A DNA stretch of 64,000 nucleotides from Phycisphaerae bacterium (GTDB taxonomy: Bacteria; Planctomycetota; Phycisphaerae; Phycisphaerales; SM1A02). Both the position numbers and the translations under genes were made by a program. Positions 19,973-28,461 of the stretch are shown here, piece after piece (the stretch's first letter is position 1; each line of letters opens with the position of its first letter). Below the pieces are notes generated by a model. The model saw nothing but the letters and a program-made list of their open reading frames with translations. It was not told where the DNA came from and did not search any database. The DNA is taken from NCBI GenBank assembly GCA_002862305.1, contig PKCS01000054.1:7848-71847 (forward strand). The letters run 5' to 3'.

Positions 19973-20176
19973 TTGGGAGTCGTGGCGTAGACAAACAAAC
20001 AAGGAACCGGTGCGAGGCTGCCTCTCTCAATGCAACCACGCGCGAATATCCAGCGAACAGCTCGCTGTTTCCTGTCCGGGATGTCCCACCAATCGGCTGC
20101 GTGCCCATCGCTCTCTCAACGTAGGGCCGAGGCAGGGAGCACGGAGAGAGTGTTCCAAACCTCACGCAGTGACACC

Positions 20177-20205
20177 GTTATAGGTGGGGCTCGGGGACCT
20201 TGCAA
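20177..20205 (-). promoter_or_regulatory. Sigma70-like promoter of the orphan transcription unit
   Basis: The minus strand reads cgcccTTGCAAggtccccgagccccaccTATAACggtgtcA (17-nt spacer), giving a predicted TSS near 20170. Confidence 0.45.
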
Positions 20206-20286
20206 GGGCGAAAGACGGAAAAAAAGCGTCCAGGGGTCTGCGAACCGGTCCCGGGGACCGTTATCGAGCAGGTCCCGGGCCGGGAC

Positions 20287-21960
20287 TCACCATTCGGGGC
20301 CCCCGGTGTAGCGCCCGAAGACGTCCCCCATCGCCTGGACCATCTCCCCGAGGGTGCACTTGGCCATGGCACCCTCGACCAGTGAGTCCATCACGTTCTC
20401 GTCGTTCCGGGCCGCCTCCCGGATCGCGTCCAGCGCCCGGCCGACCTGCTCGTCGTCGCGACGGGAACGGAACTCGGCGAGCCGGTCGCACTGGTCGGTC
20501 TCGACCTCGTAGGGAATCTGGAGGATCTCGACCTGGTGGTCGTCACTTCCCTCGTTGTAGGCGTTGACCCCGACGATGATCCGGTCGCCGGCCTCCATCT
20601 CCTGGCCGAATCGATAGGAAGCCTCCGCGATCGAACGCCTGAAGTAGCCGCGGTGGATTCCCTCGACCACGCCACCCATCTCGTCGATCTCGGCGAAGAT
20701 GTCGAGCGCATCGGACTCCATCTGGTCGGTGAGCGCCTCGACGAACCAGGAACCACCGAGCGGATCGGCGGTCCGATGGACGCCGGTCTCGTGGGCGAGG
20801 ATCTGCTGGGTGCGCAGGGCGACCCGGACCGCGGTCTCGGTCGGCAGGCCGAGGGTCTCGTCCATGGAGTCGGTGTGCAGGCTCTGGCAGCCACCGAGGA
20901 CGCCGGCCATCGCCTGGTAGGCGACCCGGACGATGTTGTTGAGCGGCTGCTGCTCGGTGAGGGAGCACCCGGCGGTCTGCACGTGGGTCCTCATCCAGAG
21001 GGATCGCTCGTTCTTGGCCCCGTAGCGCTCGCGCATGACGGTGGCCCAGATCCGCCTCGCCGCACGAAGCTTGCAGATCTCCTCGAAGAACTCGTTGTGG
21101 GAGTTGAAGAAGAAGGAGAGTCGCGGGGCGAACTGGTCGACGTCGAGCCCGCGCTTGATCGCTGCCTCGACGTATTCCATCCCGTCCCGCAGGGTGAAGG
21201 CGAGTTCCTGGACCGCGGTGGATCCCGCCTCACGGATGTGGTAGCCGGAGATCGAGACGGAGTTCCAGCGGGGGCAGTGCCGGGAGGCGTACTCGATGGT
21301 GTCGACGACCAGCTTGACCGAGGCCTCGGGTGGGTAGATGAACTCGTTCTGGGAATGGAACTCCTTCAGAATGTCGTTCTGGAGGGTCCCGCCGATCTCG
21401 GAGAAGGGGATCCCTCGTTCCCTGGCCATCGCGAGGTACATCGCCCAGATCACGCAGGCCGGTCCATTGATCGTCTGGCTCACGGTGACCTTGTCGATGG
21501 GGATGTCCGCGTAGAGGCGATGCATGTCGTCGATGGTGTCGATGGCGACCCCGCAACGACCGACCTCGCCCGAGGAAAGCGGATCGTCGGAATCGCACCC
21601 CATGAGGGTCGGCAGGTCGAAGGCGGTGGAGAGACCGGTGTTTGCCTTGGTCCCCTTGGCGTTCTCGAGCAGGTACTTGAAACGCTTGTTGGTGTCGTCG
21701 GCGGATCCGAAGCCCGCGAACTGGCGCATGGTCCACAGTCGCTTGCGGTACATCTGCTCATGGATGCCGCGGGTGAATGGGTAGATGCCGGGACTGGCGA
21801 TCCTGGGATCGGCGCCGTCGGGGGTGGTGGCGTCGTCGGTCACCACCGATCCGGGGCCGTAGCAGGGATCCACCTCGTAGCCCGAGATGGTCACCCCTTC
21901 AGGGTCGGTGCTCTGGGGTTCGTTGGCGGTCGAGGGAAGGTTCTTGTCGAGTTGACTCAT
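20287..21960 (-). CDS. Coenzyme-B12-dependent acyl-CoA mutase, large (substrate-binding) subunit; no B12-binding domain
   Basis: 557 aa. [39 protein letters not shown]...[19 protein letters not shown] is the TIM-barrel core of methylmalonyl/isobutyryl-CoA mutase-family enzymes. The protein ends before any DxHxxG B12 domain. Confidence 0.9.
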   Translation of the reverse strand: MSQLDKNLPSTANEPQSTDPEGVTISGYEVDPCYGPGSVVTDDATTPDGADPRIASPGIYPFTRGIHEQMYRKRLWTMRQFAGFGSADDTNKRFKYLLENAKGTKANTGLSTAFDLPTLMGCDSDDPLSSGEVGRCGVAIDTIDDMHRLYADIPIDKVTVSQTINGPACVIWAMYLAMARERGIPFSEIGGTLQNDILKEFHSQNEFIYPPEASVKLVVDTIEYASRHCPRWNSVSISGYHIREAGSTAVQELAFTLRDGMEYVEAAIKRGLDVDQFAPRLSFFFNSHNEFFEEICKLRAARRIWATVMRERYGAKNERSLWMRTHVQTAGCSLTEQQPLNNIVRVAYQAMAGVLGGCQSLHTDSMDETLGLPTETAVRVALRTQQILAHETGVHRTADPLGGSWFVEALTDQMESDALDIFAEIDEMGGVVEGIHRGYFRRSIAEASYRFGQEMEAGDRIIVGVNAYNEGSDDHQVEILQIPYEVETDQCDRLAEFRSRRDDEQVGRALDAIREAARNDENVMDSLVEGAMAKCTLGEMVQAMGDVFGRYTGGPEW

Positions 21961-22056
21961 GATCTGTTCCTGGATGAGGGTCGGCGCTCCCGGTCATCGT
22001 ACCGCCGGGCTCGCGCGCGACTCCACTGGAAAGCGGGCTCGACCGGCAAATGGGGC

Positions 22057-22914
22057 TCAATCGTGCTCGTAGACGCCGTGTCCGGTCTTGTCCCCCAGTC
22101 GGCCTGCATTGACCAGCTGGCGAAGTCGGGGGCACGGGAAGTACTTCTGGTCGCCGAGTTCGTTGTAAAGCACCATCATGATGTGGTGGCACACGTCCAG
22201 GCCGATGAAGTCCGCGAGTCGGAGGGGCCCCATCGGGAACGCGCAGCCGAGCTTCATGATCCCGTCGATCGCCTCGGGCTCGGCCACGCCATCCATCCAC
22301 GCGTAGAAGGCCTCGTTGATCATCGGCATGAGCACCCGGTTGGAGACGAAGCCCGCCCGGTCATTGGCCAGGATCGGGGTCTTGCCCATCCCCTCGGCGA
22401 GTGCGATCGTGCGATGCGCGGTGTCCTCGCTGGTCTGGAGACCGGTGATCACCTCGACGAGCTTCATGACCGGCACGGGGTTGAAGAAGTGCATCCCGAT
22501 GACCCGGTCGGCACCGTCTGGAAGGCTCGAGGCGATGTCGGTGATCGAGATCGAGGAGGTGTTGGTGGCCAGGACGACCTGTGGGCCGAAGGTGGCGTGC
22601 ATCTGCTGGAAGATCCTCTTCTTCAGCTCGGCGTCCTCGGTCGCGGCCTCGACCGCCCAGTCCGCATCCGACGCCCCGGCGAGGTCCGTCAGGTGCTCGA
22701 TCCGTGACAGCGCGGCTTCCGAGTCCTCCTGGGAGATGCGCTCCTTGTCGACGCTGCGCTTGAGGGTCTTGGCGTGGTAGGCGTTCGCTCGGTCGAGCTG
22801 CTCCTGGGAGACGTCGATCTGCCAGACCTTGAGCCCGCTCATGGCGGCGGTCAGGGCGATCCCCGATCCCATCGCACCGGCACCCACGACGGCGATGCTG
22901 TTCACTTCGGACAT
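22057..22914 (-). CDS. hbd: 3-hydroxybutyryl-CoA (3-hydroxyacyl-CoA) dehydrogenase
   Basis: Rossmann motif IAVVGAGAMGSGIALTAA, NTSSISIT, FFNPVPVMKLVE, and the C-terminal domain MGPLRLADFIGLD. Preferred start is ATG 22914, which has an AAGGA Shine-Dalgarno upstream. Confidence 0.9.
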   Translation of the reverse strand: MSEVNSIAVVGAGAMGSGIALTAAMSGLKVWQIDVSQEQLDRANAYHAKTLKRSVDKERISQEDSEAALSRIEHLTDLAGASDADWAVEAATEDAELKKRIFQQMHATFGPQVVLATNTSSISITDIASSLPDGADRVIGMHFFNPVPVMKLVEVITGLQTSEDTAHRTIALAEGMGKTPILANDRAGFVSNRVLMPMINEAFYAWMDGVAEPEAIDGIMKLGCAFPMGPLRLADFIGLDVCHHIMMVLYNELGDQKYFPCPRLRQLVNAGRLGDKTGHGVYEHD

Positions 22915-23437
22915 GGTTGGTTCATTCCTTGGGGAGGTCGAAATGGTCACGCGGTCCCCGGTTTCCCGAGGCCGAAACGGTTGAACATCCTAACCCCGCC
23001 CCCAACCCGATTCATCAGGCCTCGCGGGGTGGTGCGAAGGGATCAGGATGATTGGAATCGATCCCGGGAATTTCATTGACAAACGGCACGGGACCCAGTC
23101 AGATATAAACGATCGATTATCTTTCGCCCTGGCCAGCGGTCTGCGGCGCCCAGAAACGGGCGGATCGTTGAATCGGGGACCGAGCAAAGGGGTTATCGGA
23201 TTCACCTCGAACGCTCGACCCGGTGAGGTGCCCAGGCACTCGCCGGGCATTCCGGCCGCAGCCCACGTGCCCCGGGATCCCCATCCGTTGTCCGACGGCA
23301 CTTCCGGATGGGAAGCGGACCAGGCAGGTCCACGCCTCGCTGCTGCCTGCCGTGACCCCCTGCGCGAAGACGATCGGCGCGGACGACGGGGGCATCCCGA
23401 GCTGGAACGCTGACCGACCCAAGGTCTCCTCCTGGAA

Positions 23438-23475
23438 ACGAACCGCGGGAAGGGCTCGGCCTTCCCGCGGTTCGT
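23438..23475 (-). terminator. Long hairpin downstream of prpC (weak U-tract)
   Basis: 16-bp stem (core GAACCGCGGGAAGG / CCTTCCCGCGGTTC) with a 6-nt loop, ~25 nt after the prpC stop. Only UU follows on the minus strand, so function as an intrinsic terminator is uncertain. Confidence 0.4.
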
Positions 23476-23500
23476 GCACTCCATCCGATCGATGGGGTGT

Positions 23501-24652
23501 TCAGCCGTTCCACTCGAGCAGTTCGGGGCCCGTGTACTCGGCGAGGGGGCGGATGATCCGATTGTTCTGGTGCTGCTCCATGATGTGTGCGCACCAGCCG
23601 GTGATGCGGCTCGCGACGAAGATGGGGGTGTACTGGGGGACCGGAATGCCCATGGCGAAGTAGGTCATGCCGCAGGGGAAGTCGACGTTGGGGTGGATGT
23701 TCTTGGAATCCAGCATGATCTTCTGGACCGCATCGCCCAGGTCGAACCACTTCCTGGTGTCCGGGTTCTCCTGCTCGGCGTAGCGGATGCCCCAGTCCCG
23801 GAGGATGCCGGCCCGGTGGTCACCGTTCTTGTAGACCCGGTGGCCGAAGCCCATCAGCTTGCGCTTCTCGGCGAAGGCACGCTCCATCCAGGCGTCGACG
23901 GTCATGTCGCCGGAGGCGGTGTCCTCCATGATGTCCTTGAGCATCTCCATCGCGGCCTCGTTGGCGCCGCCGTGGAGGTTGCCCTTGAGGGCGCCGATCG
24001 CGCCGCAGACCGCGGAGTGCATGTCGCTGTTGGTCGAGGCGATGACGCGGGAAGTGAAGGTGCTCGCGTTGAAGTCGTGCTCCGCGTAGAGGATGAGCGA
24101 GACGTCCATGACCCTGGCCGCGATCTCGCCGGGCTTCTGGCCGGTCATCAGCCAGAGCAGGTTGGCGGCATGGGAGAGGGAGGGATCGGACTCGATGCGG
24201 GGCAGGCCGTCGAGCGCGCGCTGGTGGGTGCCGACGATCACCGGGATGGTGGCCAGCAACCGCTTGGACTTGCGCAGCTCGGCCTCCGGCCCGTTGTCGC
24301 CGCAGTCGGGGTCCTCGTGGGCGGCGAGGGAGATCGCGGTGCGGAGCACGTCCATTGGATGGGCGTCCGGGGTCTCCCGCGCGATGCGCTCGACCGTGGA
24401 CAGCACGCCTTCCCCCAGCCCGGACCGCATCTGGGCGAGCTCCTCGCTGAACGCGTCGAGTTCCCCGGACGAAGGCTTGTGTCCGACCAGCAGCAGGAAG
24501 GCCACCTCCTCGAAGGAGGCGTTGGCGGCGAGGTCGGCGATCTCGTAGCCGCGGTAGATCAGCTGGGTCTGGTTCACCGCGCAGACGGCGGTCTCGCCGA
24601 TGGTCTGCCCCGCAAGGCCACGGGTGTCGGCTTCCTTCTTGGTCGTGGACAT
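23501..24652 (-). CDS. prpC: Citrate synthase family enzyme, probably 2-methylcitrate synthase
   Basis: GFGHRVYKNGDHRA signature, LHGGANEAAMEML, ~380 aa short-form citrate synthase. The prpC assignment rests on the nearby methylisocitrate lyase gene. Confidence 0.8.
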   Translation of the reverse strand: MSTTKKEADTRGLAGQTIGETAVCAVNQTQLIYRGYEIADLAANASFEEVAFLLLVGHKPSSGELDAFSEELAQMRSGLGEGVLSTVERIARETPDAHPMDVLRTAISLAAHEDPDCGDNGPEAELRKSKRLLATIPVIVGTHQRALDGLPRIESDPSLSHAANLLWLMTGQKPGEIAARVMDVSLILYAEHDFNASTFTSRVIASTNSDMHSAVCGAIGALKGNLHGGANEAAMEMLKDIMEDTASGDMTVDAWMERAFAEKRKLMGFGHRVYKNGDHRAGILRDWGIRYAEQENPDTRKWFDLGDAVQKIMLDSKNIHPNVDFPCGMTYFAMGIPVPQYTPIFVASRITGWCAHIMEQHQNNRIIRPLAEYTGPELLEWNG

Positions 24653-24752
24653 GTGGGTTCCTCTCGTGATTCGTGCCCGCTTCGGTTCGATTATGGTGTG
24701 AGGGGAGATCGTAGCAGAACGCAGCCGGGGTGAACGCGAGAGGAGCCACAGG

Positions 24753-25448
24753 ATGCCCAGGGAACGACAGAAGCACCATCAAGGACGGCACAGGGCGGGA
24801 TCGTGGAGCACGAATCTCCTCGCGGTGATGCTCGGGGCGGCCGGTCTCTGCGCGGGGTGCACCCCCGGCGTGGTCGGGGTCCCGGAGGAACTCCCCCCGT
24901 TCTCCGCGAGCAGCCTCGAGTGCGCGCGGTGGATGGCGGGCTCGTTCGCGGACGACGGGCAGGCATGCCGACTGAACCAGGCGCGGATCTGGGATGAACG
25001 AACCGACGGCATCTGGTTCTACTCGGAACTCGAGGCCGGGGCCTCGCCGGACCGGACCGTGCAGCAGACGATCCTGCGACTCAACGACGACCTCGATGGA
25101 GGGCTGTTGATCGCGTGCTATCGCCTCCCCGGGGCGGGAGCGAACTACCTCGGCGACTGGCGCACCCCGTCGGCATTCGACCGGATCGACCCGGGCATGC
25201 TTCGGTCGATGGGGGGCTGCTCGATCCACCTGGAGTCGATGGATGGTGGATTCGGCGGCTCGACCCGGGGCGAACGCTGCACCTCGACGCTCCCGGGAAG
25301 CTCGTACCAGACCACGCGACTCCAGCTCGGTCCCGGGGGGATCACGATGTGGTTGAGGGGCTTCAACGGCGAGGGGACCCAGGTCTTCGGACCGGCGCGG
25401 CCGGGCTGGACCCTCGAACGGGTCGACGCACGGACCGGCACGGACTAG
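24753..25448 (+). CDS. CpcT/CpeT-like (DUF1001) lipoprotein
   Basis: Lipobox LGAAGLCAGC. ARWMAGSFADDGQA, GGCSIHLESMDGGFGGSTRGERC and RGFNGEGTQVFGPARPGWTLERV parallel cyanobacterial CpcT blocks (ARWMAADFSNQAQA, PGCDM...F.G....G..C, DRG.D....Q.WG...GP.EF). Confidence 0.65.
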   Translation: MPRERQKHHQGRHRAGSWSTNLLAVMLGAAGLCAGCTPGVVGVPEELPPFSASSLECARWMAGSFADDGQACRLNQARIWDERTDGIWFYSELEAGASPDRTVQQTILRLNDDLDGGLLIACYRLPGAGANYLGDWRTPSAFDRIDPGMLRSMGGCSIHLESMDGGFGGSTRGERCTSTLPGSSYQTTRLQLGPGGITMWLRGFNGEGTQVFGPARPGWTLERVDARTGTD

Positions 25449-26317
25449 GTGCTGCTCCCGGGGAAGTGCCACGGTTCGCCGGGCCGGTAGCCGAGCGTCC
25501 GGTAGAGCTCCTCCCTCGTCTGCATCCCATCGAGCAGGGACTCCACCGATCCCCGGGACTTCAGGACCTCGAGGCCCCTGGTCACGGCTCCCATAGCCAC
25601 CCGCATCATGCTCAGGGGGTAGATCACGATCGAGTAGCCCAGGGCTCCGAATTCATCGAGGGTGATCGACTCGGTCTTGCCGAATTCCGTCATGTTGGCG
25701 AGGAGCAGGCCGGGACACGCCTCCGCGAAGGTGCCGAACTCCGAGGCGTTCGCGAGCCCCTCGGGGAAGATCATGTCCGCCCCGGCCGCCCGGTAGGCGT
25801 GGGCGCGTTCGATCGCGTCCTCCATCGAGGTGACCCCCCGGGCGTCGGTGCGGGCGATGATCAGGAAGTCGGGGTCGATCCTCGAGCCCGCCATGGTCCG
25901 GATCTTCTCGCACATGTCCTCGCAGGAGACCAGCCGCTTGCCGTCGAGGTGCCCGCAGCGCTTGGGGAACACCTGGTCCTCGATGTGGAGCGCCGCGGCC
26001 CCGGCGTGCTCGTACTCGTGGATGGTGCGGGCCGCGGATTCGAACTCGCCGTAGGCGGTGTCCGCGTCGACGATGACCGGGAGGCCGGACGCGCGGGCGA
26101 CCTCCTTGATGGTTCGGCACATCTCGGTGAGCGTGATCAGTCCGATGTCGGGGTAGCCCGCGACGTTCGCGGTCGCACCCCCGGAGATGTAGGTGGCCTG
26201 GAACCCGGCCTCGGCGATGCAGCGGGCCACGAGCGCGTTGAAGGCGCCCGGTACGGCGACCACTCCCGACTGCATGGCCGTCCTCAGGGTGCGACCGGGA
26301 TGTTCGGGACTCGGCAT
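25445..26317 (-). CDS. prpB: Methylisocitrate lyase (PEP mutase/isocitrate lyase superfamily)
   Basis: VPGAFNALVARCIAEAGF, VDADTAYGE, HIEDQVFPKRCGHLDGKRLV (K-R-CGH signature), IIARTDA. Preferred start is ATG 26317, which leaves a 10-nt gap after the kinase stop. Confidence 0.85.
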   Translation of the reverse strand: MPSPEHPGRTLRTAMQSGVVAVPGAFNALVARCIAEAGFQATYISGGATANVAGYPDIGLITLTEMCRTIKEVARASGLPVIVDADTAYGEFESAARTIHEYEHAGAAALHIEDQVFPKRCGHLDGKRLVSCEDMCEKIRTMAGSRIDPDFLIIARTDARGVTSMEDAIERAHAYRAAGADMIFPEGLANASEFGTFAEACPGLLLANMTEFGKTESITLDEFGALGYSIVIYPLSMMRVAMGAVTRGLEVLKSRGSVESLLDGMQTREELYRTLGYRPGEPWHFPGSST

Positions 26318-26327
26318 GGGGCGTCGA

Positions 26328-28436
26328 TCACCTTTCAACGACCAGTCTACCGATTCGCCCGTCGCCCGGGGCGTCAAGCGCCACGCTGAGCCGCCACGCC
26401 TCGTCGTCCCGGGCGTAGGTCCGGAAGTTGGGCGCGCCGTCGTCGTTCATGACGAAGCTGAACCGGTCCAGACCGAGACGGTCCGCGACGCGGAAGAACC
26501 CCACCGAGGGACCGAGGGATCCATCGTGCCGGGTGACGGGCATCGGGAACCTGCGAAGCTCGCTCCTGAGTTCGCCCGGGATCGGGGGTTCCGCGACTCC
26601 CTCGAATCGGTAGCCGTCGAGACGCAGGTGGTCGATCGCCGATTCGATGGATGCCTGCATGCCCGGCAGGGATTCGAGCGTCCGGTGGCTCCAGCCAAGC
26701 AGCGTGACCCCGGCCCCGGGACCGGGACCGGAGCTCCGCAGCGCCAGGAGCGAAAGGTCCTCGCCGGGCAGGCGAAGGACCTCGTCCCGCCAGCGCGATC
26801 CGGGAGCGGACGCCCCGACGGCTTCCAGGTCCCCCACCAGCCAGGTCACCAGCAGCACCAGCGCGCAAGCACCGATCAGGAGCAGCTTCAAGGACGGTCG
26901 CTCGGTGCGCGGGGAGGCCGTCACCACCGAAGATCGGGCCGGGTCGTCGGCGCCGACGACCGGGGGGGGCGGGGTGGCCGGGGAGGCGACCGGACGCGGG
27001 ACGGCATCGAGGGCCCCCTCGGCGACCCCGGAGGAAACACCTCTTCCCGACAGGGAAGGCAGGTCGGCGGGTCGGGCGCTCCACACGTCGGCGAGGCGGC
27101 AGGCGGCGTCGAGGTCTGCGAGCATCTCCCCCACCGAACCGTAACGCTGGTCGTAGTCCGCCATGGCACGCCGCACGATCCAGTCGAGGACCGGGGGGAC
27201 GGGCGCGGGGAAGCGGGTGAGGCCGCCCTGGGCGGGGAAGTCGTTCGCGAGCACGAAGTACAGGACGGCACCCGCGGCGTACACGTCGAACCTCGCACCA
27301 TCGATCGCCTCGACCTTGACCCCCCGCAGCGACATGCGGACCAGCTCAGGGTCGCGGAAGTACTCGGTGCCATGCGTGGTCAGGGTGAGTCCCGAGGAAA
27401 GGGGCGTCACGAGCCCGAGGTCCACGAGGTGGGCGCGTCCGTCGTGCACCACGAGGTTGTCCGGCTTCACGTCCTTGTGCCAGAGCCCGGCACGATGGAA
27501 ACGGTCCAGGTCGCGCAGCAGGTCCCGAACGTGGTCCAACCCGAGGCCCAGCGCCCCCCCATCGAGGCCCGAGGGTCCGGCGGTCCGGTGCAGGTCCTCG
27601 ACCACCCGGGTGAGGGTGTGACCCGGGTGGTACGGCATCGCGTACCAGAACCGCTCCTCGGAAAGGTGGTGCTCGAGCACCAGCCCGAGGTTTCGTGCCG
27701 CCTCCAGGGCACGCGATTCACGGACGATCGAGGGCAGGGTCGATCCCTGCCGGAGATCGAAGGACTTGATGACCACCCGGTGGTCGGCGACCGAGGTGGG
27801 TCGTGATCCGGAACCAATGGGTTCGGCCACCCAGAGGCTGGCCCCGGATCCGCCGGAGGGAAGCCGACCCAGGACGCGGTATCCCTCGAAGGCCGGGGGT
27901 CGTGGCGGCGAGGGGATGACCCGCGAACCCGGCGAATCGACCGAGGCACCCCGGGGACCACCGGGGGTCCGGGCGGGACGGGTCGAGCGTGGCAGCAGCC
28001 GGCGGCAGTCGATCACCTGCGAGGGGAGTCGGCCGACCACCGAGTCGGCGAATCGAGCGGGACCGAACAGTCTGAGCGGTCGGTAGACCAGCACCGCCAC
28101 CACGCAGCCGAGGACCACCGCCAGGTTGCGGCCGAAACGATCGGCACGGAGGTTCGCCGCCCGCCAACGGCCCGCGATGAGGTTGGTCAACGCCATGAAT
28201 CCGTTGAAGGGGAGCCCGAGCAGGCCGAGCACCAGCCAGGTCGAATCCGCGAGGAGCCCGGAGGCCAGTGCCCCCAGGCGGCCGACCAGCAGCGCGAGGA
28301 ACCACAGCACGGAACGAAGGAACAGCAGCCCCAGCCCCAACACCACGGCACCCAGGACCAGGGTCGCCAGCAGCGCGAGGAACGAGCCAGCGGTCAGGCC
28401 GACCAGCAGCGCGGGTTCGAGGGCCGGATGGGTCAC
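26328..28436 (-). CDS. Membrane Ser/Thr protein kinase (N-terminal multi-TM region, kinase domain, TM, C-terminal extracytoplasmic domain)
   Basis: GTG start. About four N-terminal TM helices. Kinase motifs GRLPSGGSGASLWVA (P-loop), VVIKSF (Lys), HKDVKPDNLVV (catalytic loop), DLG. A TM segment LLLIGACALVLLVTWLV precedes a ~190-aa C-terminal domain of unknown fold. Confidence 0.85.
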   Translation of the reverse strand: MTHPALEPALLVGLTAGSFLALLATLVLGAVVLGLGLLFLRSVLWFLALLVGRLGALASGLLADSTWLVLGLLGLPFNGFMALTNLIAGRWRAANLRADRFGRNLAVVLGCVVAVLVYRPLRLFGPARFADSVVGRLPSQVIDCRRLLPRSTRPARTPGGPRGASVDSPGSRVIPSPPRPPAFEGYRVLGRLPSGGSGASLWVAEPIGSGSRPTSVADHRVVIKSFDLRQGSTLPSIVRESRALEAARNLGLVLEHHLSEERFWYAMPYHPGHTLTRVVEDLHRTAGPSGLDGGALGLGLDHVRDLLRDLDRFHRAGLWHKDVKPDNLVVHDGRAHLVDLGLVTPLSSGLTLTTHGTEYFRDPELVRMSLRGVKVEAIDGARFDVYAAGAVLYFVLANDFPAQGGLTRFPAPVPPVLDWIVRRAMADYDQRYGSVGEMLADLDAACRLADVWSARPADLPSLSGRGVSSGVAEGALDAVPRPVASPATPPPPVVGADDPARSSVVTASPRTERPSLKLLLIGACALVLLVTWLVGDLEAVGASAPGSRWRDEVLRLPGEDLSLLALRSSGPGPGAGVTLLGWSHRTLESLPGMQASIESAIDHLRLDGYRFEGVAEPPIPGELRSELRRFPMPVTRHDGSLGPSVGFFRVADRLGLDRFSFVMNDDGAPNFRTYARDDEAWRLSVALDAPGDGRIGRLVVER

Positions 28437-28461
28437 GTGATCGATCCTTCCATGGTCTGGG

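Larger units (their letters stand above)
19749..20170 (-). ncRNA. Candidate ~420-nt non-coding RNA of unknown family
   Basis: Bounded by a TTGCAA-N17-TATAAC promoter and the U8 terminator. GC is lower than the surroundings. The internal ORFs lack the local GC3 bias. The unit contains (CA)7 and (TTGT)3 tracts. No match by eye to tmRNA, RNase P or SRP RNA. Confidence 0.35.

Noticed and set aside
19959-20002. Short tandem repeats as a CRISPR array or mobile-element remnant
   Set aside because: These are simple (TG)7 and (ACAA)3 microsatellites. There are no 25-40-nt direct repeats with spacers and no cas or transposase genes anywhere in the window.
19790-20170. tmRNA, RNase P RNA or SRP RNA identity for the orphan transcript
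   Set aside because: None of the hallmark elements is present on either strand. There is no GGGG...TTCGAC 5' end and no T-arm plus CTCCACCA 3' end (the nearest string is CTCCGCTCCACGA). There is no GGAAAGTCCGGGC or ACAGAACCCGGC for RNase P, and no SRP domain IV motif.
20536-22707. 723-aa plus-strand ORF
   Set aside because: Antisense to the acyl-CoA mutase and hbd genes and crosses their intergenic gap. No motifs; a shadow ORF.
22947-22969. Cobalamin riboswitch upstream of the B12-dependent mutase operon
   Set aside because: There is only a loose resemblance (GGGAAACCGGGGACCGCGTGACC on the minus strand). No GCCACTG B12-box was found, and B12 riboswitches do not normally control B12-dependent mutases.
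23117-23479. 120-aa minus-strand ORF preceded by AGGAGGAG in the long gap upstream of hbd
   Set aside because: The AGGAGG lies at the foot of the prpC terminator hairpin. The translation (MHEPREGRALPAVRFQ...) has no motifs and poor coding character, so it is more likely non-coding.
23820-25472. 550-aa minus-strand ORF
   Set aside because: Out of frame over prpC and antisense to the CpcT-like gene; Arg/Pro-rich; no motifs.
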